Source of the DNA: Candidatus Uhrbacteria bacterium
GTDB lineage: Bacteria; Patescibacteriota; Patescibacteriia; UBA9934; GWF2-40-263
Assembly (NCBI GenBank): GCA_016844925.1
Contig: JAERTI010000056.1
Location: 6,978 to 70,977, forward strand
Direction of reading: 5' to 3'
DNA: 64,000 nt
Shown here: in pieces, positions 9,300 through 17,920 of the stretch
Layout of the letters: the number at the start of each line of letters is the position of its first letter
Numbering within the stretch: the first letter of the stretch is position 1
Made by a program: the position numbers and the translations under genes
Notes under the pieces: model-generated
The model's input: only the letters and a program-made list of their open reading frames with translations
Database searches by the model: none
What the model was told of the DNA's origin: nothing

Positions 9300-9796
9300 T
9301 GCGTTTACCAACTCGTAAATCTCAGAAGCTTAAACTCCCTCAAGATGAGGGACCTTTGTATTTGACTAAGGCTGGCATTGAGAAACTTGAACGTCGTCTT
9401 GAGAGGATTGAAACAACAGAACTTCCGCAAGCTATTGAGGATGTTCGTCGTACGGGAGAGTTTGGTGATTTCTCTGAAAATGCGGAATATCAAGAGGCAA
9501 AAGGGAGGATGAGGCGTTTACATAATTCCGTCCTTGTGATAAAGGACAAGCTCAAACGAGCTGTTTTGATCGAAAAAGAAGAGGGGATGCAAGGGGTGCA
9601 GATTGGATCAGTGGTTGTTCTTGAGACTGGGGATGGACAACACAAGACATTTGAGATTGTTGGACCGAGTGAAACCGATCCAACGCGCGGACGCGTTTCG
9701 TATAAATCTCCATTGGGAGCGCGCTTGATAAACCGCGAAGTAGGAGAGTCAGTGGAGATCGGTTTAACAACATACGCCATCGTAGAGATACGCTGA
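9299..9796 (+). CDS. greA: transcription elongation factor GreA
   Basis: N-terminal coiled-coil (LTKAGIEKLERRLERIE, GDFSENAEYQEAKG) and C-terminal FKBP-like domain. TAATG overlap with rimK. Confidence 0.85.
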   Translation: MRLPTRKSQKLKLPQDEGPLYLTKAGIEKLERRLERIETTELPQAIEDVRRTGEFGDFSENAEYQEAKGRMRRLHNSVLVIKDKLKRAVLIEKEEGMQGVQIGSVVVLETGDGQHKTFEIVGPSETDPTRGRVSYKSPLGARLINREVGESVEIGLTTYAIVEIR

Positions 9797-9816
9797 GCGT
9801 GATAGGATAGAGATAC

Positions 9817-11118
9817 ATGCCTAGACAAGAATTAGAAGACAAACAGTTTTACGGACTTGGAATTGCCCCAACACTGCTAGAGCGCCTCGATGCGCTCGGT
9901 TTTGTTCATCCGACTCCAATCCAATTTAAATCAATCCCTATCGCCATGACGGGTGATGATGTGATCGGTATTGCACAGACGGGGACAGGGAAGACGCTCG
10001 CGTTCTCACTCCCACTCCTTCAGCAGATTTCCGCGAAGGGGAAGCGTGGCTTGGTGCTGACACCAACACGTGAGCTCGCCATCCAGGTTGAAGAGACGTT
10101 GCGTAAGGTGGCAGGGCCCTTGGGTCTGCGCACAGCGATTGTTATCGGAGGAACATCGCAGCACCGGCAGGTGAAACAGTTGCGTGCAAAGCCACACGTG
10201 ATTGTGGCTACGCCTGGGCGTTTGATCGACTTGATGGAGCAGAAGCATGCGAAGCTCCAGAACGTGGGTGTGCTTGTGCTTGATGAAGCGGACCGCATGC
10301 TCGACATGGGGTTTGCTCCTCAGTTGAAGAAGATCATGGCTGTAGTGCCGCAGGAGCGTCAGACATTGTTGTTCTCTGCAACCATGCCGGAGCAGATCGC
10401 ACAGATCGCGCGTCAATTTATGAAAAAGCCGCTTCGTGTAGAGGTGGCACCAGCTGGAACATCCGCTGAGAAGGTAGATCAAGAGGTCTACATCGTTCCT
10501 CGTGCAGAGAAGATTGAACTGTTGGAACGGATCTTGCAGGAGTACAAAGGAACGGTATTGGTATTCTCTCGAACAAAATATGGCGCGAAGAATCTTGCGC
10601 GCAAGGTTCGACAGATGGGACATAGTTCAACGGAGATTCATGGGAACCGTTCACAGAACCAGCGTCAGGTGGCACTTGCAGGGTTTGCTTCAGGAAAGTA
10701 TCGCGTAATGGTGGCAACAGATATCGCCGCTCGTGGTATCGATGTAAAGGACATTGAGCTCGTTGTGAACTTTGATTTGCCAGATCAGTTAGAAGATTAT
10801 GTGCACCGTATTGGCCGAACAGGACGTGCGGGCACAACGGGGAAGGCGATTTCATTTGCCTCACCAGAGCAGAAGAAAGATGTGCGTGCGATTGAGAAGT
10901 TGATTAAGAAGCAATTGCCAGTCATGACCGCTGAGGGAGAGCCAGTTGTGCGTGAAAAAGGAAAGGCAAAAGAAACGTACGGCGGTGGTCGAGGAAAGCG
11001 ATCAGGTGGTGGACGACCTCGTGGTAGCAAGGGACGTAAACGTAATTATGGTGGAGGGAGATCAAAGGGACGCTCAGGATCTGGCGGTAAAGGTAAGGGG
11101 CGAAGTAAGAAGCGATAA
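9817..11118 (+). CDS. DEAD-box ATP-dependent RNA helicase with a C-terminal Arg/Gly-rich tail
   Basis: Q motif, AQTGTGKT, PTRELA, DEAD, SAT and HRIGRTGRAG. The last roughly 60 aa are GG/RG/KG-rich. Confidence 0.9.
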   Translation: MPRQELEDKQFYGLGIAPTLLERLDALGFVHPTPIQFKSIPIAMTGDDVIGIAQTGTGKTLAFSLPLLQQISAKGKRGLVLTPTRELAIQVEETLRKVAGPLGLRTAIVIGGTSQHRQVKQLRAKPHVIVATPGRLIDLMEQKHAKLQNVGVLVLDEADRMLDMGFAPQLKKIMAVVPQERQTLLFSATMPEQIAQIARQFMKKPLRVEVAPAGTSAEKVDQEVYIVPRAEKIELLERILQEYKGTVLVFSRTKYGAKNLARKVRQMGHSSTEIHGNRSQNQRQVALAGFASGKYRVMVATDIAARGIDVKDIELVVNFDLPDQLEDYVHRIGRTGRAGTTGKAISFASPEQKKDVRAIEKLIKKQLPVMTAEGEPVVREKGKAKETYGGGRGKRSGGGRPRGSKGRKRNYGGGRSKGRSGSGGKGKGRSKKR

Positions 11119-11120
11119 GT

Positions 11121-11861
11121 ATGCTTACGAAGGCGCAGGAAAAATTGATTAAAAGTCTTCATCGGAAAAAGGGTCGCTTGCAAAGCGGCCTTTGTTTGGT
11201 TGAAGGACGAAAGGTGATTGAGGCAGCGGGTAGAGCGGTGGAGGATGTGTTCACCAAACAAGACTCATTGAATTTCGATAAGCTTGTCACAACGGAGAGT
11301 CCTCAGGATATGGCGGCGACCGCACAGATCCCACGTTTCACAACCGAAGAGGTGCTTTCCAGCGAGACGGTACTGCTTCTCGATGGGGTGCAGGATCCTG
11401 GAAATGTCGGAGCGATCTTTCGTCTGTGTCAGGGCTTTGGCGCAACGTTGGTGATGGTGGAGAGTGCGGATGCAACAAGCCCAAAGGTGATTCGTTCTTC
11501 TGTTGGTTCAATGTTCTCTGTGCCATGGATTAGTATTCCACGATCAAAGGCGAGTGACTTGATTGAGCGTGCCCCTCATGAGGTGTTGCGACTTGAGGCC
11601 TATGTGCCTCCATCTGATCCGTTCTTTGAGAAGAATATTGATAAGAAAGAGGAGGTCTATCGTGGAGAGCTTGGAGATGTTGATCTCTTTACCAAAAAGG
11701 AGCCGATGATGCTTATTGTGGGCTCTGAAGGGAGGGGGATTCAGCTTCCTGTGAAAGCGCCGTCAATGGCTATTGAACACGATAAAGCCTTGGAATCATT
11801 GAATGTTGGACATGCTGTCGGGATTGCATTGCAACATCGATACAGATCTGCAAAAAACTAG
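11121..11861 (+). CDS. SpoU/TrmH-family RNA 2'-O-methyltransferase
   Basis: SPOUT-class motifs (LLLDGVQDPGNVGAIFRLCQGFG, MLIVGSEGRGI). Confidence 0.75.
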   Translation: MLTKAQEKLIKSLHRKKGRLQSGLCLVEGRKVIEAAGRAVEDVFTKQDSLNFDKLVTTESPQDMAATAQIPRFTTEEVLSSETVLLLDGVQDPGNVGAIFRLCQGFGATLVMVESADATSPKVIRSSVGSMFSVPWISIPRSKASDLIERAPHEVLRLEAYVPPSDPFFEKNIDKKEEVYRGELGDVDLFTKKEPMMLIVGSEGRGIQLPVKAPSMAIEHDKALESLNVGHAVGIALQHRYRSAKN

Positions 11862-11902
11862 ATAAGAATTGGGATTTCAGTAATTTGAAGCATTCTTGGA
11901 TA

Positions 11903-11919
11903 ACAAGCATGCTTTTTTG
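11903..11919 (+). terminator. intrinsic terminator after the methyltransferase gene
   Basis: Self-complementary AAGCATGCTT followed by TTTTTTG. Confidence 0.5.
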
Positions 11920-12001
11920 ATTGTTTACACTTGACGTGCTGACACTCATCGCCTAACGTCCAGGCGTCGCTAAGCCATTCGAGGCGACGTGGAGTGTTGA
12001 C

Positions 12002-13489
12002 ATGAGTGACTTCAGGCAGAGAACAGATGGCGAGTCCGTCCAGCAGTGGATGGATCGTCGGGTGGGGCAGGTCTTGTCCGGAGCAGGGGTGGACTTCCAC
12101 TGCACTGCGACGCTGGGGAAGGACTCGGCGCAGACGCGCATCGTCTTCGAGGTCAGTGACAAGCGCCCCAAGGGCGACGTCAAGCTGACCGATGGCGAGC
12201 TGCACGTGAGCTTGGGCAAGGAGCCCGAGAAGATGTTCCCCGAGGACGTCATGAGCTTCTTCGGCAAGGTGGCCCTCAAGGCCCAGGGTCTGGGCTGCAA
12301 GAAGGTGGCCTTCCGGCTGCCGGACAAGGGCATCGACGCGAAGTTCGCGGCCATGGGGGTGCAGACGGCGCTCCTGCGAGCGGACGAGCTGCAGACCAAG
12401 GTCACTGATCTCGGCATCGAGGATGTGACCTTCTTCACGGAGGAGGGCCAGTTCGCGGCCATCAACCGTGGTCTCGAGCTCGCCCGTGCGGCCAACACCA
12501 GCCGGTTCCTGACGGCGATGCCGCCGAACCTGCTGACCGTGGACACGTTCTTCAACCTCGCGCACGCGCACTTCAGCGATCTCGAAGCCGAGTTCCTCGG
12601 TGTGGACGGGCAGCCCGACTCGGTCGAGTACGACAAGATGGGGATGCTCGGTGCGGTCGCAGCCGGCAACGGCGGCAACCGTCGCGTGCTCGCCATCCGG
12701 CTGGATCCGCTGAGCGGACCCACCGAGAAGGTGGTGGCCTACGTGGGCAAGACGCTGGTGTTCGATGCCGGCGGCCTGAACATCAAGGGCACCCACGCGC
12801 GCGGCATGAAGGGCGACATGGGTGGCGGTGCGAGCCTCTTCGGTTCGGCCACCTACCTGGCGATGAACCGTCAGCTGCTCAAGCGCTCGGTCGTCTTCGT
12901 CTGGACCATCACCGAGAACGTGATCGGCCCGGAGGCCTACCGGCCCGACGACGTGCTCACGGCCTTCAACGGCACCACGGTCGAGGTGGACAACACCGAT
13001 GCCGAGGGTCGTCTGGCCCTGGGTGACGCCATGGCCTGGATCTGCACGATCGTGAAGGTCGAGCAGCTCGTGCCCGTGTGCACGCTCACCGGTGCGGCCG
13101 TGGTCGCGCTGGGTTCGTCCGCGACGGCCATGCACCTCAAGGACAGCCGCACGCGGCTCAGCGAGGTGCGTCAGCTGGAGGACCTGTCCTTCCGCTGCGG
13201 CGACTCGATGAACATCCTGCACCACTACCCGGAAGCGGCGGCCGCTCTGGCCTCCAACATCGCGGACGTGAAGAACGCCGGCGGCAGCAACCGCGGCGCC
13301 GGTTCCTCGCAGGGCTTCGCCTTCCTGCTCAACTTCGCCCCCGAGGGCGTGGACGTCATGGAGCTGGACATCGCGGGCAAGTCCGGCAACTTCTCCAACG
13401 GCAGTGGTGTCCAGACGGGCACCTCCCTGCCGGCGGCCGTCTGGTTCACGATCGGACGCGAGAGCAGCTACGAGGCCCCGGTCAAGTAG
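12002..13489 (+). CDS. pepA: leucyl aminopeptidase, M17 family (cytosol aminopeptidase); high-GC island gene
   Basis: NTDAEGRL signature, VGKTLVFDAGGLNIKG, MKGDMGGGA. GC3-rich. The antisense 552-aa ORF is a shadow. Confidence 0.85.
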   Translation: MSDFRQRTDGESVQQWMDRRVGQVLSGAGVDFHCTATLGKDSAQTRIVFEVSDKRPKGDVKLTDGELHVSLGKEPEKMFPEDVMSFFGKVALKAQGLGCKKVAFRLPDKGIDAKFAAMGVQTALLRADELQTKVTDLGIEDVTFFTEEGQFAAINRGLELARAANTSRFLTAMPPNLLTVDTFFNLAHAHFSDLEAEFLGVDGQPDSVEYDKMGMLGAVAAGNGGNRRVLAIRLDPLSGPTEKVVAYVGKTLVFDAGGLNIKGTHARGMKGDMGGGASLFGSATYLAMNRQLLKRSVVFVWTITENVIGPEAYRPDDVLTAFNGTTVEVDNTDAEGRLALGDAMAWICTIVKVEQLVPVCTLTGAAVVALGSSATAMHLKDSRTRLSEVRQLEDLSFRCGDSMNILHHYPEAAAALASNIADVKNAGGSNRGAGSSQGFAFLLNFAPEGVDVMELDIAGKSGNFSNGSGVQTGTSLPAAVWFTIGRESSYEAPVK

Positions 13490-13511
13490 TACGAGTGCCA
13501 AGCAGGCACCT

Positions 13512-13539
13512 CCCATCCTGAGAAACGGGTGGGTTTTTA
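13512..13539 (+). terminator. intrinsic terminator after pepA
   Basis: CCCAUCC-ugagaaac-GGGUGGG stem (7 bp with one G-U pair) followed by TTTTT. Confidence 0.5.
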
Positions 13540-13569
13540 TATTGACAGATTCGTTCTACTGGGAAATAA

Positions 13570-14793
13570 TTGGCCGTTATGAAATATGTATCTCTAATCT
13601 TGTTCGTGCTCCTACTTATGCCGGTGGCACTTGAAGCATCATCGATTGCTGAGCGTGTTGCGGGAAAGATTGTGTTGGATGTTGAGTCCAGTGGGGAGGC
13701 TTGGTATGTAGAGCCTGATAGTCAGGAACGGTATTTTCTTGATCGACCGGATGATGCGTTTGTCATTATGCGTGAGCTTGGTCTTGGAATTACAACGGTT
13801 GATTTGGAAAAGATTCCAAGTAGTGAAGAGTCTTCTGTGGGAGATTACGCGTTGAGGCAGCGGCTCTCTGGAAAAATTCTCTTGCAAGTGGAGTCCAGTG
13901 GAGAAGCTTGGTATGTCTATCCCGTTGATTTGAAGCGTTACTATCTTGGAAGGCCCGCGGATGCGTTTGCGATTATGTCGGAGCTTGGGCTGGGGATCTC
14001 ATCAAGCGACTTGAGTCAGATTTCTGTGGCAGGAGAGGAGGTTGAGTTATCGACAGGGTCAGATGGGTACGTCTATGTCTCTGAACGTATTTCGACAGAT
14101 CGTGGGAGTTTCTCTGCTCGGTATGTGAAGCTTGAGCAAGGGATGTTCACCATGGTGACGGACACCGCTGAGCTGAGTGACTGTGAGTCGGATTGTGATG
14201 CCAAGTATGTTGGTGAGTACGTTGAGGAGAATGGCGGACTGATTGGGATTCATGGGACATATTTTTGCCCGCCGGATTATGGAGAGTGCTCCAGTCGGGT
14301 GAATCAGTTTGATCCACCGGTGTATAACACGGCTGAGGGGGTGATGTTGAATGAGTTTGATCTTGTGCATCAAGGTGGGCCGATGATGGCCGTGGATGTT
14401 GAGGGAAACTATTATTACTATCATCGAGCGGGGGAGTTTGGTGATGGCGTTGAGGATTGGGAACGTGAGCATGGTGTAGAACTTCAGGCGGCCATTGCAC
14501 ATTACCCCTCTCTTGTAGAAGAAGGAGAGAATATTGTGGGCGCAGAGGTGTTACAGTCGTCAATGCATAGCTCAGCTACGCGTGCGGGAATCGGATATGA
14601 TGAGGATTACGTATATCTCGTTGTGGTGACGGAAGCGTCAGTTACTGATCTCGCCTCGGTGTTTGATGCATTGGGTGTCGATTATGCGATGAACCTGGAT
14701 GGGGGAGCGTCGACGGCATTGTATGTGGATGGAAGGTATACGTATGGACCGTCTCGTGAGAATCCGAATGCAATCGTTTTTGTAAGAAATTAG
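13570..14793 (+). CDS. secreted protein: signal peptide, two tandem roughly 60-aa repeats, and a C-terminal phosphodiester glycosidase (DUF2233/NAGPA-like) domain
   Basis: Signal peptide MKYVSLILFVLLLMPVALEA. Repeats GKI[VL]L[DQ]VESSGEAWYV...DAF[VA]IM[RS]ELGLGI occur twice. C-terminal MNLDGGASTALYVDG motif. Confidence 0.6.
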   Translation: MAVMKYVSLILFVLLLMPVALEASSIAERVAGKIVLDVESSGEAWYVEPDSQERYFLDRPDDAFVIMRELGLGITTVDLEKIPSSEESSVGDYALRQRLSGKILLQVESSGEAWYVYPVDLKRYYLGRPADAFAIMSELGLGISSSDLSQISVAGEEVELSTGSDGYVYVSERISTDRGSFSARYVKLEQGMFTMVTDTAELSDCESDCDAKYVGEYVEENGGLIGIHGTYFCPPDYGECSSRVNQFDPPVYNTAEGVMLNEFDLVHQGGPMMAVDVEGNYYYYHRAGEFGDGVEDWEREHGVELQAAIAHYPSLVEEGENIVGAEVLQSSMHSSATRAGIGYDEDYVYLVVVTEASVTDLASVFDALGVDYAMNLDGGASTALYVDGRYTYGPSRENPNAIVFVRN

Positions 14794-14798
14794 TGCGG

Positions 14799-14829
14799 AA
14801 ATCTGCTCTTGCGAGAGCAGATTTTTGTT
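14799..14829 (+). terminator. intrinsic terminator
   Basis: AAATCTGCTCT-tgcg-AGAGCAGATTT followed by a T-run. Confidence 0.7.
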
Positions 14830-14919
14830 TGGGGGCAATGGTGTTGTGTGGTATTTTTCATAAGGACACTCTTAATAAGATGCCTTACGATTCACGGTCT
14901 ATTTAAAGACTGATCCCCT

Positions 14920-15678
14920 ATGACACTCATATACATTCTTCTTGCCACAACGATTATTACATCGTTGTCCCTGACGGGGATTTTTTTGCTCGTGATGCTG
15001 AAAAAACACATTCATAAAGGCATGCTGACACTCGTGGCTTTGTCTGCCGGTGCCATGTTGGGAAACGCTTTTCTGCACTTGCTCCCAGAGGCCATAGAAA
15101 TGACAGAGGGTGGACCGATCGATTTATTCACGGTCATGCTTCTCGTCGTTGCGGCGTTTGTTGCTTCCTTCTTGTTTGAACAGTTTTTCTCCTGGCATCA
15201 CTGTCACGACTCTGGAAGTTGTGAACTCGGTGAGCAGCCCTTCGCTCATCTTGTCTTGTACTCCGATGGCTTACATAACTTTATTGATGGTCTTGTCATT
15301 GCGGCAGCGTTTATGGCAAGTCCTGCCCTTGGAATTTCAACAGCCATTGCCATCGCGCTTCATGAGGTTCCTCAGGAGCTAGGTGATTATGCCGTGCTTG
15401 TTCATGGTGGCTTTAGTAAAATTCGAGCCGCTGTGTATAACGGGATTGCTGCATCTACAGTGATCCTTGGTGGAGTCGTAGGGTACTACCTTGTCGATTC
15501 TGTTGAGTGGGCCGAACCAGTTCTTCTACCGATTGCCGCTGGAGGCTTCCTCTATATCGCCGCAGCAGACTTACTGCCAGAGCTTAAGCACAACGAACGA
15601 AAGAAAACCATTCCTCTCCACATCTTAGTCTTCTTCACAGGACTAGCTATCATGATTGTTGCAGCCATGATGGAGTAG
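14920..15678 (+). CDS. zupT: ZIP-family zinc/metal transporter (ZupT-like)
   Basis: Eight predicted TM helices, HNFIDGL and HEVPQELGD motifs, and a His-rich loop HHCHDSGSCE. Confidence 0.8.
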   Translation: MTLIYILLATTIITSLSLTGIFLLVMLKKHIHKGMLTLVALSAGAMLGNAFLHLLPEAIEMTEGGPIDLFTVMLLVVAAFVASFLFEQFFSWHHCHDSGSCELGEQPFAHLVLYSDGLHNFIDGLVIAAAFMASPALGISTAIAIALHEVPQELGDYAVLVHGGFSKIRAAVYNGIAASTVILGGVVGYYLVDSVEWAEPVLLPIAAGGFLYIAAADLLPELKHNERKKTIPLHILVFFTGLAIMIVAAMME

Positions 15679-15691
15679 TAATCGACGAATC

Positions 15692-15727
15692 AAAAAACCG
15701 ACAGGTTTAAACCAGTCGGTTTTTAAT
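15692..15727. terminator. bidirectional intrinsic terminator between convergent genes
   Basis: AAAAAACCGAC-aggtttaaacca-GTCGGTTTTT. Confidence 0.7.
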
Positions 15728-15741
15728 TTCTAGACGTTTTC

Positions 15742-16182
15742 TTAAAACTGTCGCTGAAGATCCAGTGTCGTTTTTCCGTCTTCATTACGCAAGATGACCG
15801 CCCAGGTCTCACCAGAGCCTGTATAGGTTGCTGTATGTAGATCTTCATTGTCTGTTGGAAGTACGCCCCAGCCACGTGAGATTGAGTACGCACCAGCTTC
15901 CATCTCAGCTTCCATGAACGCCTGTGCGTCATCGATGTTGAGTGCCGTTGAACCAAGAACACCCACAGCAAGGTCGTTATCGATAATGACGTCAATAACC
16001 GTGTCCTCGGGGAGTGAGATGCCTAAGAGAGTCTCGGCTTGTGCGCGGGTGTACGTGCTAGTCTCCGTGGTTGTCGATGTTGTTTCTGTACTGGTTTCCG
16101 TGGTCGTGCTGTCAGAACCAAATAGTGAGAATGCGAAGAAGAGGGCGATAATGACAGCTAGGACAGCGAGAATTTTTTTCAT
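15742..16182 (-). CDS. small secreted protein or lipoprotein with a Thr/Ser-rich linker, unknown function
   Basis: Signal peptide MKKILAVLAVIIALFFAFSLFG, then the linker TTTETSTETTSTTTETST. Confidence 0.55.
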   Translation of the reverse strand: MKKILAVLAVIIALFFAFSLFGSDSTTTETSTETTSTTTETSTYTRAQAETLLGISLPEDTVIDVIIDNDLAVGVLGSTALNIDDAQAFMEAEMEAGAYSISRGWGVLPTDNEDLHTATYTGSGETWAVILRNEDGKTTLDLQRQF

Positions 16183-16186
16183 ACAA

Positions 16187-17092
16187 TTAGAGGTTATCGT
16201 TTATGGATTCAACAGATACGAGCTGTGCTTCGCGATCGTAGTCCTCGCTGTCGGTAATATCTTCACCGTAAGAATAGTTGCCGTAAAAGACGTCTGAGAT
16301 GTCGTCCACAAGCGTCTTCCAGTCGTCGCCGTAGAGCTCTGCAGCGATTTCTTCTGTTTCAATGGCACGAAGGGTTGAGTGTTGCTCTACCGCATAGACC
16401 GTTGGGACGGTTGGGAACTTCACGAGTTTGGTTCCTGGGTGATAGGTTACATTCGATCCCAAAGGAAAGTCTGACATTACGTCTGCCGTGACAATGTGAA
16501 GGTTTGAGTAGTCTTCATACCAGGTAAAGAATACACGTTCATTCGGGAAGGCATGGCGAGACCCTTCATCATCGAGAAAGTAAACCGTTCGGCAAGTATG
16601 CGTGAAGTCTTCCTCGCCGGGGCATTGTGTTTTGACAAGCACCGGCGATACAGCCGTGACCTCATCAGCTGTCCACTCAGTGGCGTCCACTTTGTCTGGA
16701 TCAGTCTCAGTATCTGACTCTCCGTCAGTGGTTTCTATAGGCGCCTCGCTGACAGAGATGATGTTACTTGGGCCGGTTGTCTCCTGGCCGAGCGTGTCAG
16801 TGCATTTGGCACGAATGCTATTTGCTGAGCGCTCTGTCGTAAACGTGTATTCAACAGACCAGACATCGGTCGTATCAATGTAGGTCATTGGACTCTCGTA
16901 GATGCTTGAAACAATCAGGGTACAGCTTTCAACTCCATCAGGGTCCGTGGCCGTGACAGAGAAAATTTCTGGAACGTCGTACGTGGCGGTCAGTGGAGAC
17001 ACGTCACTTACCTCTGGTCCGGAGACATCAGCGAGAGCTGGTGTCAGTGGGAGAAGTAAGAGTGTCAGCGAGAGGAGGAGGTATCTAGTCAT
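16187..17092 (-). CDS. secreted hypothetical protein (acidic; possible Ig-like N-terminal domain)
   Basis: Signal peptide MTRYLLLSLTLLLLPLTPALA. No motif recognised. Confidence 0.55.
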   Translation of the reverse strand: MTRYLLLSLTLLLLPLTPALADVSGPEVSDVSPLTATYDVPEIFSVTATDPDGVESCTLIVSSIYESPMTYIDTTDVWSVEYTFTTERSANSIRAKCTDTLGQETTGPSNIISVSEAPIETTDGESDTETDPDKVDATEWTADEVTAVSPVLVKTQCPGEEDFTHTCRTVYFLDDEGSRHAFPNERVFFTWYEDYSNLHIVTADVMSDFPLGSNVTYHPGTKLVKFPTVPTVYAVEQHSTLRAIETEEIAAELYGDDWKTLVDDISDVFYGNYSYGEDITDSEDYDREAQLVSVESINDNL

Positions 17093-17363
17093 ACTTACGT
17101 GTTGTTATGAGGTGTTTACCTGTGATCAATTGTAGTAATCCCATGATAGCAATAACGGCTGTGAATAAGAACATACCGACATAGATACGAGCGCTCCATG
17201 CGTAGATGGCCCAAATAGCCAGAAATCCTGCGGCGCCAACAAGTGTCACGATGAGGCCAGACTTTCGAGCATAGATGCGATGCTCAGGAGGAATCGGTTT
17301 GCCCTCGGACTTCAACTTGAGATGAAGCCGAGCTTCTTTTTCTACGTTGTGTCGAAATGCCAT
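17085..17363 (-). CDS. small membrane protein (2 TM), unknown function
   Basis: 92 aa with two hydrophobic helices. Overlaps the upstream ORF by 8 nt. Confidence 0.4.
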   Translation of the reverse strand: MAFRHNVEKEARLHLKLKSEGKPIPPEHRIYARKSGLIVTLVGAAGFLAIWAIYAWSARIYVGMFLFTAVIAIMGLLQLITGKHLITTRKYD

Positions 17364-17373
17364 GTGGATCTGT

Positions 17374-17874
17374 TTAAGAGGTTTCGTCTGTTAAGTAAGA
17401 ATCGAAACGGATGCGGTGACAGGTGTAACCATCAGGATTCTTTTGGAGGTAGTCTTGGTGAGAATCCTCAGCAGGTGTGAATACGTTGAGTGGTTCGAGT
17501 GTTGTCACGACGGGATTTTCCCATCGTCCAGAGTCATTTACAAGCTCAATGAATGCTTCGCTTTGAGCACGTTCCTGTTTGTCGGCATAGAAGATGGCTG
17601 ATCGATACTCTTCACCACGATCGTTACCCTGTTGATTTATTGTTGTTGGATCATGGATGCGGAAAAAGAGATCGAGTAGTTGTCGATACGAGACTAGTTC
17701 TGGATCATAGGTTATTTGAACAGCCTCAGCATCCAGGGTGTAGTCTCCTCCCTCAGTGAATGCTCCACCACCCGTATATCCAACGACGGTATCCACAACA
17801 CCTTGTTGCTGACGAATCAACTCTTCCATTCCCCAGAAACATCCACCTGCAAAAACAGCCTGTTTATTTGGCAT
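17374..17874 (-). CDS. msrA: peptide methionine sulfoxide reductase MsrA
   Basis: GGCFWG active-site motif near the N-terminus. Start taken at MPNKQAVFAGGCFWG; the 32 upstream ORF codons overlap the neighbouring high-GC gene and are unlikely to be coding. Confidence 0.85.
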   Translation of the reverse strand: MPNKQAVFAGGCFWGMEELIRQQQGVVDTVVGYTGGGAFTEGGDYTLDAEAVQITYDPELVSYRQLLDLFFRIHDPTTINQQGNDRGEEYRSAIFYADKQERAQSEAFIELVNDSGRWENPVVTTLEPLNVFTPAEDSHQDYLQKNPDGYTCHRIRFDSYLTDETS

Positions 17875-17920
17875 ATGACGTATTGTAACAAAAAAAGAGA
17901 GCCGTGTGGCTCTCGCGTTG

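Noticed and set aside
10006-10864. Minus-strand ORFs inside the DEAD-box helicase gene
   Set aside because: The helicase motifs are unequivocal on the plus strand.
11858-13516. 552-aa minus-strand ORF antisense to pepA
   Set aside because: Shadow ORF typical of GC3-rich DNA. The plus strand carries the M17 NTDAEGRL signature, and the antisense product is Arg/Gly/Ala low-complexity.
14836-14919. Possible Zur box upstream of the ZIP transporter
   Set aside because: CTTAATAAG is only a partial palindrome. No convincing AT-rich 7-1-7 inverted repeat was found.
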